Assembly (NCBI GenBank): GCA_002633005.1
Contig: NMRA01000434.1
Coordinates: forward strand, 133,884 to 197,883
Reading direction: 5' to 3'
Origin: Phoronis australis
Taxonomy: Eukaryota; Animalia; Phoronida
DNA length: 64,000 bases
Position numbers and translations under genes: made by a program. The notes beneath the pieces were generated by a model that did no database searches, was not told where the DNA came from, and saw only the letters and a program-made list of their open reading frames with translations. Below are positions 64,000-64,000 of this stretch, piece after piece; within the stretch, counting starts at the first letter, position 1, and every line of letters begins with the position of its first letter.

Positions 64000-64000
64000 A

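Overview
AT-rich eukaryotic (metazoan) genomic DNA with spliceosomal introns and many transposon remnants. It is probably from a marine invertebrate, possibly a deuterostome (inference only). Three protein-coding genes can be reconstructed by hand. (1) PRELID1 on the minus strand, 3 coding exons, 22659->18474, 211 aa. (2) A complete family-A DNA polymerase nu (POLN) on the plus strand, 18 coding exons, 28352-54493, ~881 aa, arranged head-to-head with PRELID1. (3) An intronless GT31 beta-1,3-glycosyltransferase on the minus strand, 55294-56394, convergent with POLN. The right end holds the integrase, PPT and 3' LTR of an apparently young Gypsy element. The rest contains Penelope and LINE remnants, a tRNA-derived SINE and many MITE/foldback elements. 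Most notable: a 688-bp near-perfect palindrome with an 8-bp TSD in PRELID1 intron 1; a PIP-box-like motif in POLN exon 2; the PRELID1-POLN linkage, which may reflect the pre-vertebrate 4p16/5q35 ancestral block; an antisense, higher-order-repeated decayed coding sequence nested in a POLN intron; and a second intronic antisense unit with paired CArG boxes. I found no evidence of a wholly new multi-gene system. All alignments were made by eye and protein comparisons are from recalled sequences, not searches.
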